This document shows positions 1 through 9,301 of a DNA stretch of 64,000 bases, in pieces. The notes below the pieces were generated by a model. The model saw nothing but the letters and a program-made list of their open reading frames with translations, was not told where the DNA came from and did not search any database. Within the stretch, counting starts at the first letter, position 1. Every line of letters begins with the position of its first letter. The translations under genes were made by a program, and so were the position numbers. The DNA is from a virus. Lineage: Duplodnaviria; Caudoviricetes. The stretch covers positions 1-64,000 of the IMG/VR virus record IMGVR_UViG_2639762779_000001; one strand, given 5' to 3'.

Positions 1-381
1 TCAGATGGTGCGGGTCTGATGGACTGGGTCGCGTCGGAGTTCGACCCCGACCGCTTTGGCTACGGCTCGGATATGGTCGATCTCCGCGTAATAGGCTTGG
101 GTGAGATTGTCTATCGTGTCGGCCTTGCTCTTGTCCGCGCGCATCGCGTCGTAGGCCGCGTTGATGGCGGCGGTGGTGAGCAGATCATGCAGTCTGCGAT
201 TCCAGTTGGACACGCCGCCCATGTAAGCGGGCACATGGTTGCAGAGGTTTTCCGTGGTCGTATCGAAGTCGTCGGCATTGCTGAGCGCGTCGAATAGTCG
301 TGTATCGTTTCCGGTTTTCAGGTCCTGTGCAGCGTCTGTCGCGGTGTAGGTGCCGGTGATGGTTTTCTTTCCGTCGAACAT
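1..381 (-). CDS. hypothetical protein
   Basis: 126-aa ORF with coding-like composition and a GAAGG RBS; second gene behind the promoter at ~700. Confidence 0.75.
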   Translation of the reverse strand: MFDGKKTITGTYTATDAAQDLKTGNDTRLFDALSNADDFDTTTENLCNHVPAYMGGVSNWNRRLHDLLTTAAINAAYDAMRADKSKADTIDNLTQAYYAEIDHIRAVAKAVGVELRRDPVHQTRTI

Positions 382-391
382 GGTCAGGCCT

Positions 392-673
392 TCACTTGGT
401 TTCGATGGTGACGGGCTTCTCGTGGCACTGGGGTACGTAATCCTTGTCGAGCGTCCAGTTGCTGATGAAGCGGAGCGGGCAGGACTGATCCCATACGCGT
501 TGCAATCTGCTGACTGGCAGCACCTTGTATCCGGGTTCGCCGTTCTTGGAGAGCATGTACCCGTTTTCGCCGTTCTTGTCGGTGTCGCCGTTGTCGAGCA
601 GGTAGATTTTGTGGCAGCCGTCCCACGCGAATTCCGTGGCTGGGCTGGTTTGGTTGTTGATGGTGACGCTCAT
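392..673 (-). CDS. hypothetical protein (WDGCHKIY motif)
   Basis: 93-aa ORF with a GAGGAG RBS, directly downstream of a GTCCACAT promoter. Confidence 0.8.
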   Translation of the reverse strand: MSVTINNQTSPATEFAWDGCHKIYLLDNGDTDKNGENGYMLSKNGEPGYKVLPVSRLQRVWDQSCPLRFISNWTLDKDYVPQCHEKPVTIETK

Positions 674-699
674 GGCGTTGCTCCTCTTTCGACTATTTT

Positions 700-741
700 A
701 TGTGGACATATTCAGTGTAGCATATTAAACGAGGTTGTCAA
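700..741 (-). promoter_or_regulatory. sigma70-type promoter with conserved GTCCACAT element
   Basis: On the minus strand: TTGACA-16 nt-TACACT-6 nt-GTCCACAT. Confidence 0.75.
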
Positions 742-792
742 AAGAACAAAAAAACGGCGACCATAAAAAGCCGCCGTAACATACGAAACCGA

Positions 793-2091
793 TCAAGCAG
801 ACTGGCTTCTCCGCCAATCCCCGCCATTCGACTCCATAAACCGTTGACAGGCCCGTTCCTCCCACTCTGGCGAATCCGGAGCCTCACAATGGATCCAGCT
901 CATCACCGAAGCGGGCTTAATGCCGTTCGCGGTGATGATCGTATGCGGCGGCTCGTACGGGTTGCTGAAACTCCATTCGGATACCGCCAGCTCGTCATGT
1001 TCGGAACGGAACGTGTGCGTCTTCGCATCCGACACCGTGTATTCGATGGACGGGTCTCGACGGGCCAATTGCAAGGCGCCTTCGACCCCGCGATGCTTTG
1101 CCGCAATCCTGAGCATCGCCGCCTGTCCCACGTCAGGGCCGAGTCCGGCGAACGTTTTCTTCACCTTCTCATTCGGGTCGAATACGTCGGGTTTCGCGGC
1201 CATGAACCGTCGGTATTCCTGTTCGTTGTCGCATAATGCGTCACGCATCTGACGGTAGCGACGGGTCGGTTTCCGACCGTCCAGCAGCTGTTTCTCCAGT
1301 TTTTTGAAGTCCTTGGATTGCCGGTATTCCTTGCCGGCCTGCGGGTTCCAACCGTCTTCCTGAAGCTCATGCAACGTGTCGGCGAAAGCCATTTTGTCAT
1401 CGAACGCGCTGCCGTTGATCAGTCCACGGTCGACGTTCTTCTTGTATAGGTCGCGCATTTCATCGTTCAGTGGATTCAAGTGTTTCTCTGTCGCCGCATC
1501 ATATCGGGCTTGCTTTGTCTGGGTTCCTTTCAATGCGGCTTGGTAGCGGCGCTCCGATTCCTCACTGTAGTAGCTGCCGGCAAGTTCGTTCGGACGGAAG
1601 GGCCATCGTTCGCCCGGCTGTATTGGATCTAGCCCGAGGTCGGCAAACTCCCTGTTCGGATCCAATGCGGTTTCGAGGATATGCTGTCGGGTCTCCTCCA
1701 CCAACTGCGCATGGTCATAGGATTTCACGGGGATACCGTCGTAAGCGGCCTGCACATGGTCGGCGAGATAGTCCGCATGCGAGCCGCCCGGCGCCTGCGG
1801 GTCATATCGCAGGTTCGCGATGATCAACGGCATGTCATCGGTCTCGCCGGGTTTCGCCGGACGGGCGATGAGCTCGTCCAAGCGCCTGGTGGCGTATCCG
1901 GCGCAATCAGCGACATCCGGATCCATGATGATGTTCGTTTCTGCGGCGAGCAGCGCATTGTTCAACCGTTTCCGTTCGAACGTGGACAATGTTTCTCCGG
2001 ATGGCAGACTTTTGTTGTTCTCTTCGGCGAACTCGCCGGTCTGCGTACGCAATTGCCGTTTCGCTTGAGCAGATTTCCTGGAATCAACCAT
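793..2091 (-). CDS. hypothetical protein with conserved N-terminal leader (SRKSAQAKRQLRTQTGEFAEENN)
   Basis: 432-aa ORF; first ~30 aa match the ORFs at 30445 and 31339. Confidence 0.85.
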   Translation of the reverse strand: MVDSRKSAQAKRQLRTQTGEFAEENNKSLPSGETLSTFERKRLNNALLAAETNIIMDPDVADCAGYATRRLDELIARPAKPGETDDMPLIIANLRYDPQAPGGSHADYLADHVQAAYDGIPVKSYDHAQLVEETRQHILETALDPNREFADLGLDPIQPGERWPFRPNELAGSYYSEESERRYQAALKGTQTKQARYDAATEKHLNPLNDEMRDLYKKNVDRGLINGSAFDDKMAFADTLHELQEDGWNPQAGKEYRQSKDFKKLEKQLLDGRKPTRRYRQMRDALCDNEQEYRRFMAAKPDVFDPNEKVKKTFAGLGPDVGQAAMLRIAAKHRGVEGALQLARRDPSIEYTVSDAKTHTFRSEHDELAVSEWSFSNPYEPPHTIITANGIKPASVMSWIHCEAPDSPEWEERACQRFMESNGGDWRRSQSA

Positions 2092-2249
2092 AGTGAAGCC
2101 TCTCGGACTAATGGATAACTGATTCCAGACTACCGCTTTGAGATAAGTTGATTACGGGAAAGTCAGGAGAAAAAACCGGCTATTCCAACTTCTGTTCTTC
2201 CGCGATTCGTCATATGGTGTAAGCGATGCCTACACATTTTTCATATCAT

Positions 2250-2272
2250 AAATGTGTAAGCGTTACACATTT
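2250..2272. promoter_or_regulatory. palindromic operator-like site
   Basis: AAATGTGTAA-GCG-TTACACATTT perfect 10-bp arms; degenerate second copy at ~2217-2241. Confidence 0.5.
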
Positions 2273-2323
2273 TTTATAGGATAAGTTGTCTGAATGTTTT
2301 TTCACGAGCGGAGATGAATTGCA

Positions 2324-2500
2324 TTGACTACGCCCATAAACACAACTCTTACTGGATTCTGTTCTCGCCGTTTCTACGAACCTAGAGAAGCGGCGAACGA
2401 ACTTCGCAATTCCGAAGCCCGTCGCCAAGTCGAAAGCAAGGAATACGTTCGGAGCTTCGACAACGTTGAGGAACTAGGGGAGTTTTTCGATACCATCTAG
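2324..2500 (+). CDS. small protein resembling a RelB/DinJ antitoxin C-terminus (not in ORF track)
   Basis: TTG start after GGAG; 58 aa ending SEARRQVESKEYVRSFDNVEELGEFFDTI. Confidence 0.4.
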   Translation: MTTPINTTLTGFCSRRFYEPREAANELRNSEARRQVESKEYVRSFDNVEELGEFFDTI

Positions 2501-2618
2501 AAGCCGATAGATCAAAATGGTTCTGGTATATTCTCCGCAGAGAAGCTTTCATCGGCAACGGACATGTCCTACGCAGCCTCTTGTTCTCAGAAAACGTATC
2601 CCGCTCCGACGTTCTTCA

Positions 2619-3179
2619 TCATTCGGTCGAAATCCTGCGGCATAGTTTGAGCAGTGGAATCAGGTCCGGAGTTTGGCCTTCTCGTTCGATTCGCACCGCA
2701 TGCGCTACCATTGGCAGCAGCTTTTCTAGGTTTGAGTCCATGACTTTGCGGTTCAGGACACTGTCCCAGTTGGTGGTGATGCGTCGGAATGCGTTGTGGA
2801 ATTGTTCGACTACGACGGATCGTTCGATGTCGGAACCGTATACGGGTTCCATGGTTTCCACCGTTCGACCGGATGCGATCTCGTAGTCTTTCGTCTGCCC
2901 GTCGAGCAGTCGGGCGAGTACCAGAGTGTTCTCCTCGAACTTGTCTGCCGGTAGGCCGAGTGCGCGCATACCGTTGGTGGCCCATTCGTGGTCCGTTTCC
3001 GGAAGTCTCCACGAGCAGCCGCCGCCGTTCAGATGGAACTCGTAGCCGTATACGTCCTTCAACGTTTTCGCCGCGATTTCGCGCGTATGGTCATGCTGGA
3101 TCCGATGCCAGGCGCGTAATGCTTCGCAGAGCATCGCGTAACAGCCGTTCAACTCCAGCTCCTCGTAGGTCATTGACAT
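2619..3179 (-). CDS. hypothetical protein
   Basis: Start re-assigned to MSMTYEE (GAAGGA RBS); last gene of a leftward operon. Confidence 0.75.
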   Translation of the reverse strand: MSMTYEELELNGCYAMLCEALRAWHRIQHDHTREIAAKTLKDVYGYEFHLNGGGCSWRLPETDHEWATNGMRALGLPADKFEENTLVLARLLDGQTKDYEIASGRTVETMEPVYGSDIERSVVVEQFHNAFRRITTNWDSVLNRKVMDSNLEKLLPMVAHAVRIEREGQTPDLIPLLKLCRRISTE

Positions 3180-3183
3180 CTGG

Positions 3184-3459
3184 CTAGTTCCTTCCGTATC
3201 CGCCGATATATCGAATCGCGTACCAAACCGCACCACACGACATGATGCCGCTGGCTGGCAGGCTGATCAACGGTGCATGCCCGCGAACCAAATTGGATAC
3301 GTCAATGATCAAACACATCAGCGCATACATGCCGAACAATACGCTGAGCTTGCCGAACACTTGGCGTGCCAGCCGGTCGTCGGATGCCAGTGTTTCGGCT
3401 CCCATCCAGCAGACGAGCATCAACAGCAGCACATGCACGGCAAGCGCAACAAAACTCAT
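3184..3459 (-). CDS. small membrane protein (3 TM)
   Basis: ATGA overlap with the upstream gene; hydrophobic segments. Confidence 0.7.
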   Translation of the reverse strand: MSFVALAVHVLLLMLVCWMGAETLASDDRLARQVFGKLSVLFGMYALMCLIIDVSNLVRGHAPLISLPASGIMSCGAVWYAIRYIGGYGRN

Positions 3460-3908
3460 TGCTTGCCTTTCAGATTCCAACCGCACGTGATGTAACTGTT
3501 GCTGCCCTCGCAAGGAACCTGTTCACCATCTCCCAGCGTCACGTATGTGGCTTGTCTGTTGGCTTTCTCATTAGGGGTCAGCTGTCTTGGGTTGTCCCAA
3601 TCACAAGTTGGCACAACATTTGTACTGCTATAGGTCTGCAAGGCTGCACCTACGCAATCCACTACTTTTTTGTCTTTCAACTGAATGGTGTAGGGTCCTA
3701 TAGTCGTGGTGGACCATGCCTCTTCTTTGTCCGCTGCTGACGCCTTTTCACGCATCGTTGCCACTTTTCCGACATTATCCGACACTTCCTCCGGATGAGC
3801 GAGATTCCAAACGAGAACGCAAGTCAACACAGCCACCACGAAGACGATAGTCGAGCCGAAGAGAACATACACGAATCGATCTTTTTTGTCAGGCTGCTCG
3901 TTCTGCAT
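3456..3908 (-). CDS. membrane-anchored protein with repeated C-x(8-14)-TCxW units
   Basis: N-terminal TM helix; two Cys-paired repeats. Confidence 0.75.
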   Translation of the reverse strand: MQNEQPDKKDRFVYVLFGSTIVFVVAVLTCVLVWNLAHPEEVSDNVGKVATMREKASAADKEEAWSTTTIGPYTIQLKDKKVVDCVGAALQTYSSTNVVPTCDWDNPRQLTPNEKANRQATYVTLGDGEQVPCEGSNSYITCGWNLKGKQ

Positions 3909-4407
3909 GGAAATCCTCCTCCTGTACCGGCTGGTTGGAGATGATGGCGTCCACGTCCGCGTCCTCCAAGTGGACTTGTACGGGTTTGCCGGTTTTGTTC
4001 GCTTGGATTTGCGCGTCGTGGATGGTTTTCACGTCCGGCCACGTTTCCATCAGTTCCTCGTTGCTTTCGCAGCCGTTGATGACCGGCACCCAGTCGGGAT
4101 GCTGGTTCATCAGCGTGCTGGAGAAGATGGGGACGGTCATGTCATGCAGGTCGTTCATGGCACTGTAGGCGGCGATGGTGTAGATCAGTCGTGATTCCAC
4201 GCTGCCGTCGGTTCCTTTTGCGGACTGGTCGATGAGGTCGGCGAACGCCTGTTTGAACCGTTCGCTGACCTGTTGGACCGCGTCGTACACGCTGCCGGCA
4301 TCATTCCAGTTGATGCCGGTGGAATCCAATGAGGGTGGCGGGAATTTCTCGCTGGCGTCTTCGGTGATGTCGTCGTTGAACGTGAATCCGGATGGTATCT
4401 GTGCCAT
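3889..4407 (-). CDS. hypothetical acidic protein
   Basis: 172-aa ORF in operon, GGAG RBS. Confidence 0.75.
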   Translation of the reverse strand: MAQIPSGFTFNDDITEDASEKFPPPSLDSTGINWNDAGSVYDAVQQVSERFKQAFADLIDQSAKGTDGSVESRLIYTIAAYSAMNDLHDMTVPIFSSTLMNQHPDWVPVINGCESNEELMETWPDVKTIHDAQIQANKTGKPVQVHLEDADVDAIISNQPVQEEDFHAERAA

Positions 4408-4419
4408 ATGCCGCTCCGG

Positions 4420-4812
4420 TCAGGCGATGAGCTGCAGCAGGCTTGTGTCGGCCGGGATGCCGTCGCTGGTGATGCTGTCGTACTGCGGGTCGCGGTTGGG
4501 TGCGATATCAAGCTCGGTGCGCGGCAGTTCCACGTTCGGGCCCAGTTCGTTGCGCAGATACTTGTATGCGCCTTGCGGGTCGAAGATCCAGTTTTCCGGT
4601 TGTGGCGGAATTACTGCACCGTATACGCGGCCGATGGTTCTGTTGGCGAGCTTGAATACGCCTTGGAATCGTCCGTTGATGACTTCGATGATCATGCGGC
4701 CGTCGATGTTTTCCGGGAAGTTCGGGGTGTTGTTTTTTACTCCGATGTTGCCGATGAATCGGCTTCCGTTCTCGAACGTGTGGGTGACGCGGTAGCGCTT
4801 GTTGTATGCCAT
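4420..4812 (-). CDS. hypothetical protein
   Basis: AAGGAG RBS; preceded by a GTCCACAT element. Confidence 0.8.
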   Translation of the reverse strand: MAYNKRYRVTHTFENGSRFIGNIGVKNNTPNFPENIDGRMIIEVINGRFQGVFKLANRTIGRVYGAVIPPQPENWIFDPQGAYKYLRNELGPNVELPRTELDIAPNRDPQYDSITSDGIPADTSLLQLIA

Positions 4813-4835
4813 GATGGCTCCTTTTTTGTTTTTTA

Positions 4836-4864
4836 TGTGGACAGTTGTTGTGGATTGTGGATAA
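4836..4864 (-). promoter_or_regulatory. DnaA-box cluster (one perfect TTATCCACA plus two degenerate) overlapping a GTCCACAT element
   Basis: TGTGGATAA at 4856-4864, TGTGGATTG at 4849-4857, TGTGGACAG at 4836-4844. Confidence 0.45.
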
Positions 4865-4868
4865 CCGG

Positions 4869-5687
4869 TCAGTGCGGCGTGGGGAACGATTCGCCGGCCG
4901 AGAACTTCAACTGGCGGAGAGGCTTGCCCTTACGCCACTTGTTCCACGCCTTGATGGTCAAGGCGGCGATGCGTACACGGTTGTCGCGTGTGGAACGTCC
5001 CGCCTTGTGAGGCTGGGACATCAACGTGTTGCGCAGTATGAGGATCGGATCGTCGGCTTGCAGGTTCGCGCCGCTGACGAGGCTTATGAAGAACCGGTTG
5101 GCCGCATCGGTGTCGATGTGCGCGAACGTCCACCAGAGCGAGGCGAACATGCTGCTGGTCAGCATGTCACCGGATTGGCTGCGGAACGCACGGCTGGCGG
5201 CGAGCACGTCGGCCAGTTGCGGCGTCTGGTCGATGAACGCGATGATTTCCCCGCGCGTGGGTTTCAGATCGTTTTGTGCGGCGGCTTCCATGCCCAGCTG
5301 GTCGGCCAGATATACGGCGCGCGCCAGTGAAGCGAGCTGAGTGGAGTTCTTTTCACCGCGAAGCGTGAGCACGTCGCCCAGGGTGCGGGTTTTGCCGCTG
5401 TCCATAGTCTGCTGGGTTTCGTCCTCCAACCCTCGGATCACGAGCGTGGTCAACGGCTTGTCGGCGGCGATGACGGCGAGCAGTCGATGCTGGCCGTCCA
5501 ACAGGCATCCGTCTTTGCCGAATTTGATGGCCTCACCGTTGAACCGCCATTCGCCGTTGCGCATTTCGCGAGCGAACATATTCACGTTGTCGCGGCTGAT
5601 ACGCCGGTTGTTGACGTTTTCGCCGAGCATGGTCTTCGCTATGTCCGGGGTGATGGTTTCCACCTTGGCGGTGATTTTCTCTTCCAT
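4869..5687 (-). CDS. ParB/Srx-fold (DGQHR) domain protein
   Basis: NNRRIS...NGEAIKF...LLDGQHRLLAV motif; start re-assigned to MEEKIT. Confidence 0.75.
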   Translation of the reverse strand: MEEKITAKVETITPDIAKTMLGENVNNRRISRDNVNMFAREMRNGEWRFNGEAIKFGKDGCLLDGQHRLLAVIAADKPLTTLVIRGLEDETQQTMDSGKTRTLGDVLTLRGEKNSTQLASLARAVYLADQLGMEAAAQNDLKPTRGEIIAFIDQTPQLADVLAASRAFRSQSGDMLTSSMFASLWWTFAHIDTDAANRFFISLVSGANLQADDPILILRNTLMSQPHKAGRSTRDNRVRIAALTIKAWNKWRKGKPLRQLKFSAGESFPTPH

Positions 5688-5712
5688 AATCAGTTTCCTT
5701 TTCTCCTGCGGA

Positions 5713-7053
5713 TTAGATTCCGGCCGTATAGTCCTGTGGCATGTCCTTGAACTTGCTGTTGCGTCCGAGGAATGCGAGATGGAATGTTTCGGTCGGACCG
5801 TTGCGATGCTTGGCCATGATGATGTCGGCCTCACCGGGACGGTCTTCCTTGTCGTATGCGTCGGGACGATGCACGAGGAACACCACGTCGGCATCCTGTT
5901 CGATGGAACCGGATTCGCGTAGGTCGCTCATCTGCGGCACCTTGTCGGCGCGCATTTCCACGTTGCGGTTCAACTGGCTAAGAATCACGACCGGCACTTG
6001 CAGTTCTTTCGCCAACAGTTTGAACTGGCGGCTGAAATCACTGACCTCCTGCTGACGGTTCTCGGTCATCCGTCCGCTGGACATCAATTGCAGGTAGTCG
6101 ACGACCACGAGCTTCAAATCCTTGGTTTCCTTCAACCTGCGGCATTTGGCTCGAATGTCCGGGATTTTCAGATTCGCGGAATCGTCGATATACAGCGGCT
6201 TCTCCTCGAGCTTCTTCCACAGGTCGTTGACCGCATCCCAACGTTCGTCGGTCATCTGCGTCGGATCGCGGAACACGTTCAACGGAATGTTCGTTTCGGC
6301 GGCGAACAGGCGTTGCGCGATTTCCTCGCGGCTCATCTCCAGACTGAACACGACCGAGCACATGTTGTCGTGGATTGCCGCATGCCTTGCGAAGTCCATT
6401 CCCAACGTGGACTTGCCCATTGCGGGTCGGCCGGCCACCACGATCATCTGTCCGGGTTGCAAACCGTGCGTCACATCATCGATGTCACGGAACCCGGTGT
6501 GAACACCCTCCTCGATTTCACCCTTCGCGATCTTGTCGAGATGATCGAGCATGTCCGTGGACACCGTGTAGATATCCCGGTAGTCAGTGCTTGAATCATC
6601 GTCCCCGATGTGGAACGCCTCATCCAATGCCGCGCCGATGATGCTGTCGGTTTCCGCGTCGGGCGTGTAGCCAAGCTGCGTGATCTTGGTGCCGATGCGC
6701 ACGATGTCGCGGCGCTTAGCCGTGTCCTTGACCATGCCCGCATACACGCTGACGTTGGAAGTGGTGGGTGCCGAATCCACGAGCTTCGACACGTAGTCGA
6801 TGCCGCCCACACGGTCAAGCATCTTGCGTTCGTTCAACGTGCTGCACAGCAGGGTGACATCCACGTTGCCGTGCTTGTCGTTCAGCTCGCAGATGGTCTG
6901 CCAGATGGTTCGATGATTCGGCTGGTAGAAGTCGTTTTCGGTGAGCTTCTGCCGTGCTTCGTCAACGGCGTCGCGTGATTGGAGCATAGCTCCGAGTACG
7001 GTGCGTTCCGCATCATCCTTGTGCGGTGGTTCCTGGTTGAAGATGTCGCTCAC
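5713..7053 (-). CDS. dnaB: replicative DNA helicase
   Basis: AERTVLGAML N-domain, Walker A AGRPAMGKS, VVDYLQL, SQLNR, DLRESGSIEQDAD, AKHRNGPT; GTG start with GGAGG RBS. Confidence 0.97.
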   Translation of the reverse strand: MSDIFNQEPPHKDDAERTVLGAMLQSRDAVDEARQKLTENDFYQPNHRTIWQTICELNDKHGNVDVTLLCSTLNERKMLDRVGGIDYVSKLVDSAPTTSNVSVYAGMVKDTAKRRDIVRIGTKITQLGYTPDAETDSIIGAALDEAFHIGDDDSSTDYRDIYTVSTDMLDHLDKIAKGEIEEGVHTGFRDIDDVTHGLQPGQMIVVAGRPAMGKSTLGMDFARHAAIHDNMCSVVFSLEMSREEIAQRLFAAETNIPLNVFRDPTQMTDERWDAVNDLWKKLEEKPLYIDDSANLKIPDIRAKCRRLKETKDLKLVVVDYLQLMSSGRMTENRQQEVSDFSRQFKLLAKELQVPVVILSQLNRNVEMRADKVPQMSDLRESGSIEQDADVVFLVHRPDAYDKEDRPGEADIIMAKHRNGPTETFHLAFLGRNSKFKDMPQDYTAGI

Positions 7054-7424
7054 CGATCCGCCTCCGAATCCTGTTGGAGACGCTTCAGTTCCGCCTCTTG
7101 CCGACGCAGTGATGCGATTTCCCGTTCGATCCAGGCAATCCGTTTTTGCCTGCGCTCCGCTGTGGTCAGGGTCTCCTCGCACTGACACCATCGTGCGATG
7201 CATCTTTCCACACGCTTGTAGCCGATGATTTCCGGGCCGATTCCTCTATCGCGGAAAATCACCGAGGGGCTGTCTCCGCTCTCATATCGGGCGATGGCAT
7301 ATTCTCGGAACTCGGAAGTGTAGTAGATTTTTTCGCCGTTGGAGCTCACGTTCTTCACTACCTTCGGCAGCGTGAGAAGATAGTCGATGGTCTTCTTGTC
7401 GAGACTGATTGATCGCGGTAGCAT
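7050..7424 (-). CDS. HTH domain protein (IS3-OrfA-like fold)
   Basis: YTSEFREYAIARYESGDSPSVIF...RCIARW plus a coiled-coil tail; coupled to dnaB. Confidence 0.7.
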   Translation of the reverse strand: MLPRSISLDKKTIDYLLTLPKVVKNVSSNGEKIYYTSEFREYAIARYESGDSPSVIFRDRGIGPEIIGYKRVERCIARWCQCEETLTTAERRQKRIAWIEREIASLRRQEAELKRLQQDSEADR

Positions 7425-7433
7425 GTTTTCTTC

Positions 7434-7607
7434 CTAATCAATCCTCAATGCGGTGCGGGTTCGCTCGTTGTCCAAAGCGGCGTACAGGTCTCGACGTTCA
7501 AATACGGTGAGTTCGCCTCTCGCGTTCATGTCGAGCATGGTGAGAATGTTCCGGATTCGCAGCTGCTCGCAATAATCGAAGGCTGCCTTTTTCGCTTGTC
7601 CCTTCAA
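7434..7607 (-). CDS. small hypothetical protein (57 aa, not in ORF track)
   Basis: TTG start overlapping the upstream stop; MKGQAKKAAFDYCEQ...; fills the operon gap. Confidence 0.55.
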   Translation of the reverse strand: MKGQAKKAAFDYCEQLRIRNILTMLDMNARGELTVFERRDLYAALDNERTRTALRID

Positions 7608-7852
7608 ATCCGTTGTCCTTTTTCCTTTTCGATGGTTTCGTCGATGAATGACCGAAGCGTGATCAGGTCGCTGATGTTCGTCACGGATGTTCCGTTCGTG
7701 GTCTCGTTCAACGTTTGGCCCGCGGGGGAGATGTAGAAACTTATTCCCCGCATGGCGCCCACACGCATGAGGGTGAGTGTCTTTGCGTCGGCTTTGCTGG
7801 GAATGTCCAGTCGGCTGATGTCTTCGCTGATGTCGATCTGGATTGCGGTCAC
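7604..7852 (-). CDS. hypothetical protein
   Basis: 82-aa ORF with 4-nt overlaps on both sides. Confidence 0.65.
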   Translation of the reverse strand: MTAIQIDISEDISRLDIPSKADAKTLTLMRVGAMRGISFYISPAGQTLNETTNGTSVTNISDLITLRSFIDETIEKEKGQRI

Positions 7853-8028
7853 TGGACGCTCAGCTTCAAAACTCGAAACGAATTCGCATCAAGCTCGTCA
7901 TGCCTTTTCACGTACCGTCTGACCATGGTCTTGGCAAGATGCCTGCGCGTAAACGATGCAGATAGACATCGACGGGCGACGGGTTTCCAGCCGGAGGCCG
8001 TCTTTTCCTGTATGAAATAGATGTTCAT
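7849..8028 (-). CDS. small basic protein (59 aa, not in ORF track)
   Basis: MNIYFIQEKTASGWKPVARR...; AAGGGG RBS; GTGA overlap. Confidence 0.55.
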   Translation of the reverse strand: MNIYFIQEKTASGWKPVARRCLSASFTRRHLAKTMVRRYVKRHDELDANSFRVLKLSVQ

Positions 8029-8143
8029 GTTTTCCCCTTGTCAAAAGTCAATGCATGAATCCGGATTCTGGTAGCGCTCGATTTCCTGCAGCAGCTCCTC
8101 CGCCCATCCGTCGGTATCCACTTGATCTGAAGCGTGGGGTCCG

Positions 8144-8386
8144 TCACTGTGATGCATGCCGTTCTTCCCTCGCATGGGCCAACACTTCAAAGGCGCTGTT
8201 GGTGTAGTGTTTTCGGATTCGTTCGGGTAGTTTGTCGAAGTCCAGAAGGTTTCCGTAACAGCGTTTGCATTCGAGCCGGTAGAGGGCTTTTGCCGCGGCG
8301 TTCAGTTCTATGCCGATGGTCTCCGTGGGTTGTTTGCGTTCGTTCAGGCGAAGCGCCGCGAACGGGTCTCCTTTCTTGTACCTCAT
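8144..8386 (-). CDS. hypothetical protein
   Basis: 80-aa ORF coupled to the upstream gene. Confidence 0.6.
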   Translation of the reverse strand: MRYKKGDPFAALRLNERKQPTETIGIELNAAAKALYRLECKRCYGNLLDFDKLPERIRKHYTNSAFEVLAHAREERHASQ

Positions 8387-9048
8387 CAGATGTTCACCTC
8401 GATTTCAGTGAACGGGGATTGTTTGGCAAGCTCCGCCAATGTGACCGAATCCTCTCCTTCGAGCGCCCTGTCGATGGGTATCACGTCTCCGCTGATCCAG
8501 TGTCCGTTTCTTCTGGACTGTCGGAGGAAGAGAATACCGCTGTTGGCCTTCCAAGCCTCGTACAGGTTGTCTTCGCCGTCTCTCCACAGTCCGGGGTGAT
8601 CTGGGAGCTGGAGCTTCGGGCGCAGCGAGTGGTCGAAGTTTTCACGGCTGAGGGTGATGCTTTGCCCGTATACATCGATGGTGATACGGCCGTCGTTCGC
8701 ACCGAGGATCGGATAATGGTTGCCGTCCTTGGCGACTGCGATGTCCCCCTCGCGGATTTCGTCGCGGTCGGTGATGGTTTCGTATGTCGGTTTGTCGGGG
8801 AGCAGTTCGATTTCGATATCGGCGTTCTGCCGTGAGAGTTCCATGAATCCGTCGTGGCCTTCGTGGAACAGTTCGCCGAATTTCATGCCGGCGATGAGGT
8901 TCTGGCGGGATCCGAGGGAACGGCCGAATCCGGGCGCGAGTTTGATTTCAAGGATGAGTTCCCCGTTATGTGCGGTGAGGCGGACCCGTCTGCCGTTCAG
9001 TTGTCTGAAGGTCATGGTCCGCCAGAACCGTGTGGCGTTTTCTGCCAT
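8386..9048 (-). CDS. hypothetical protein (phage-like, LPxxPGLW motif)
   Basis: Start re-assigned to MAENATRF (AAAGGA RBS); first gene behind the promoter at ~9090. Confidence 0.75.
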   Translation of the reverse strand: MAENATRFWRTMTFRQLNGRRVRLTAHNGELILEIKLAPGFGRSLGSRQNLIAGMKFGELFHEGHDGFMELSRQNADIEIELLPDKPTYETITDRDEIREGDIAVAKDGNHYPILGANDGRITIDVYGQSITLSRENFDHSLRPKLQLPDHPGLWRDGEDNLYEAWKANSGILFLRQSRRNGHWISGDVIPIDRALEGEDSVTLAELAKQSPFTEIEVNI

Positions 9049-9075
9049 GCTGGCGTTTCCTTTTTTTCTCTTTTT

Positions 9076-9164
9076 ATGTGGACTCATTCAATATAACATA
9101 TATCTGTGAAGATGGGGGTAGGGGGCAAAATCGGAGTGTCGCGTTACAGTGAAAACGTCCACAT
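9076..9164. promoter_or_regulatory. divergent pair of GTCCACAT promoters
   Basis: Minus: TGT-TATATT-6 nt-GTCCACAT (9076-9083); plus: TACAGT (9145-9150)-6 nt-GTCCACAT (9157-9164). Confidence 0.7.
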
Positions 9165-9301
9165 AAAACAAAACAGGAAAACGCAATAACCACAACGTCT
9201 GATACGACCTGACACCATCCAAGGCAACAAAAGACCGTTACCTCAGCAGACGATAAGTCGATTGAACGGAAACCGTTAATTGCGAAAACGGAGAATGCAT
9301 C

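Noticed and set aside
7050-7424. IS3-family transposase
   Set aside because: Only an HTH-like domain; no DDE ORF or terminal IRs, and it is translationally coupled to dnaB.
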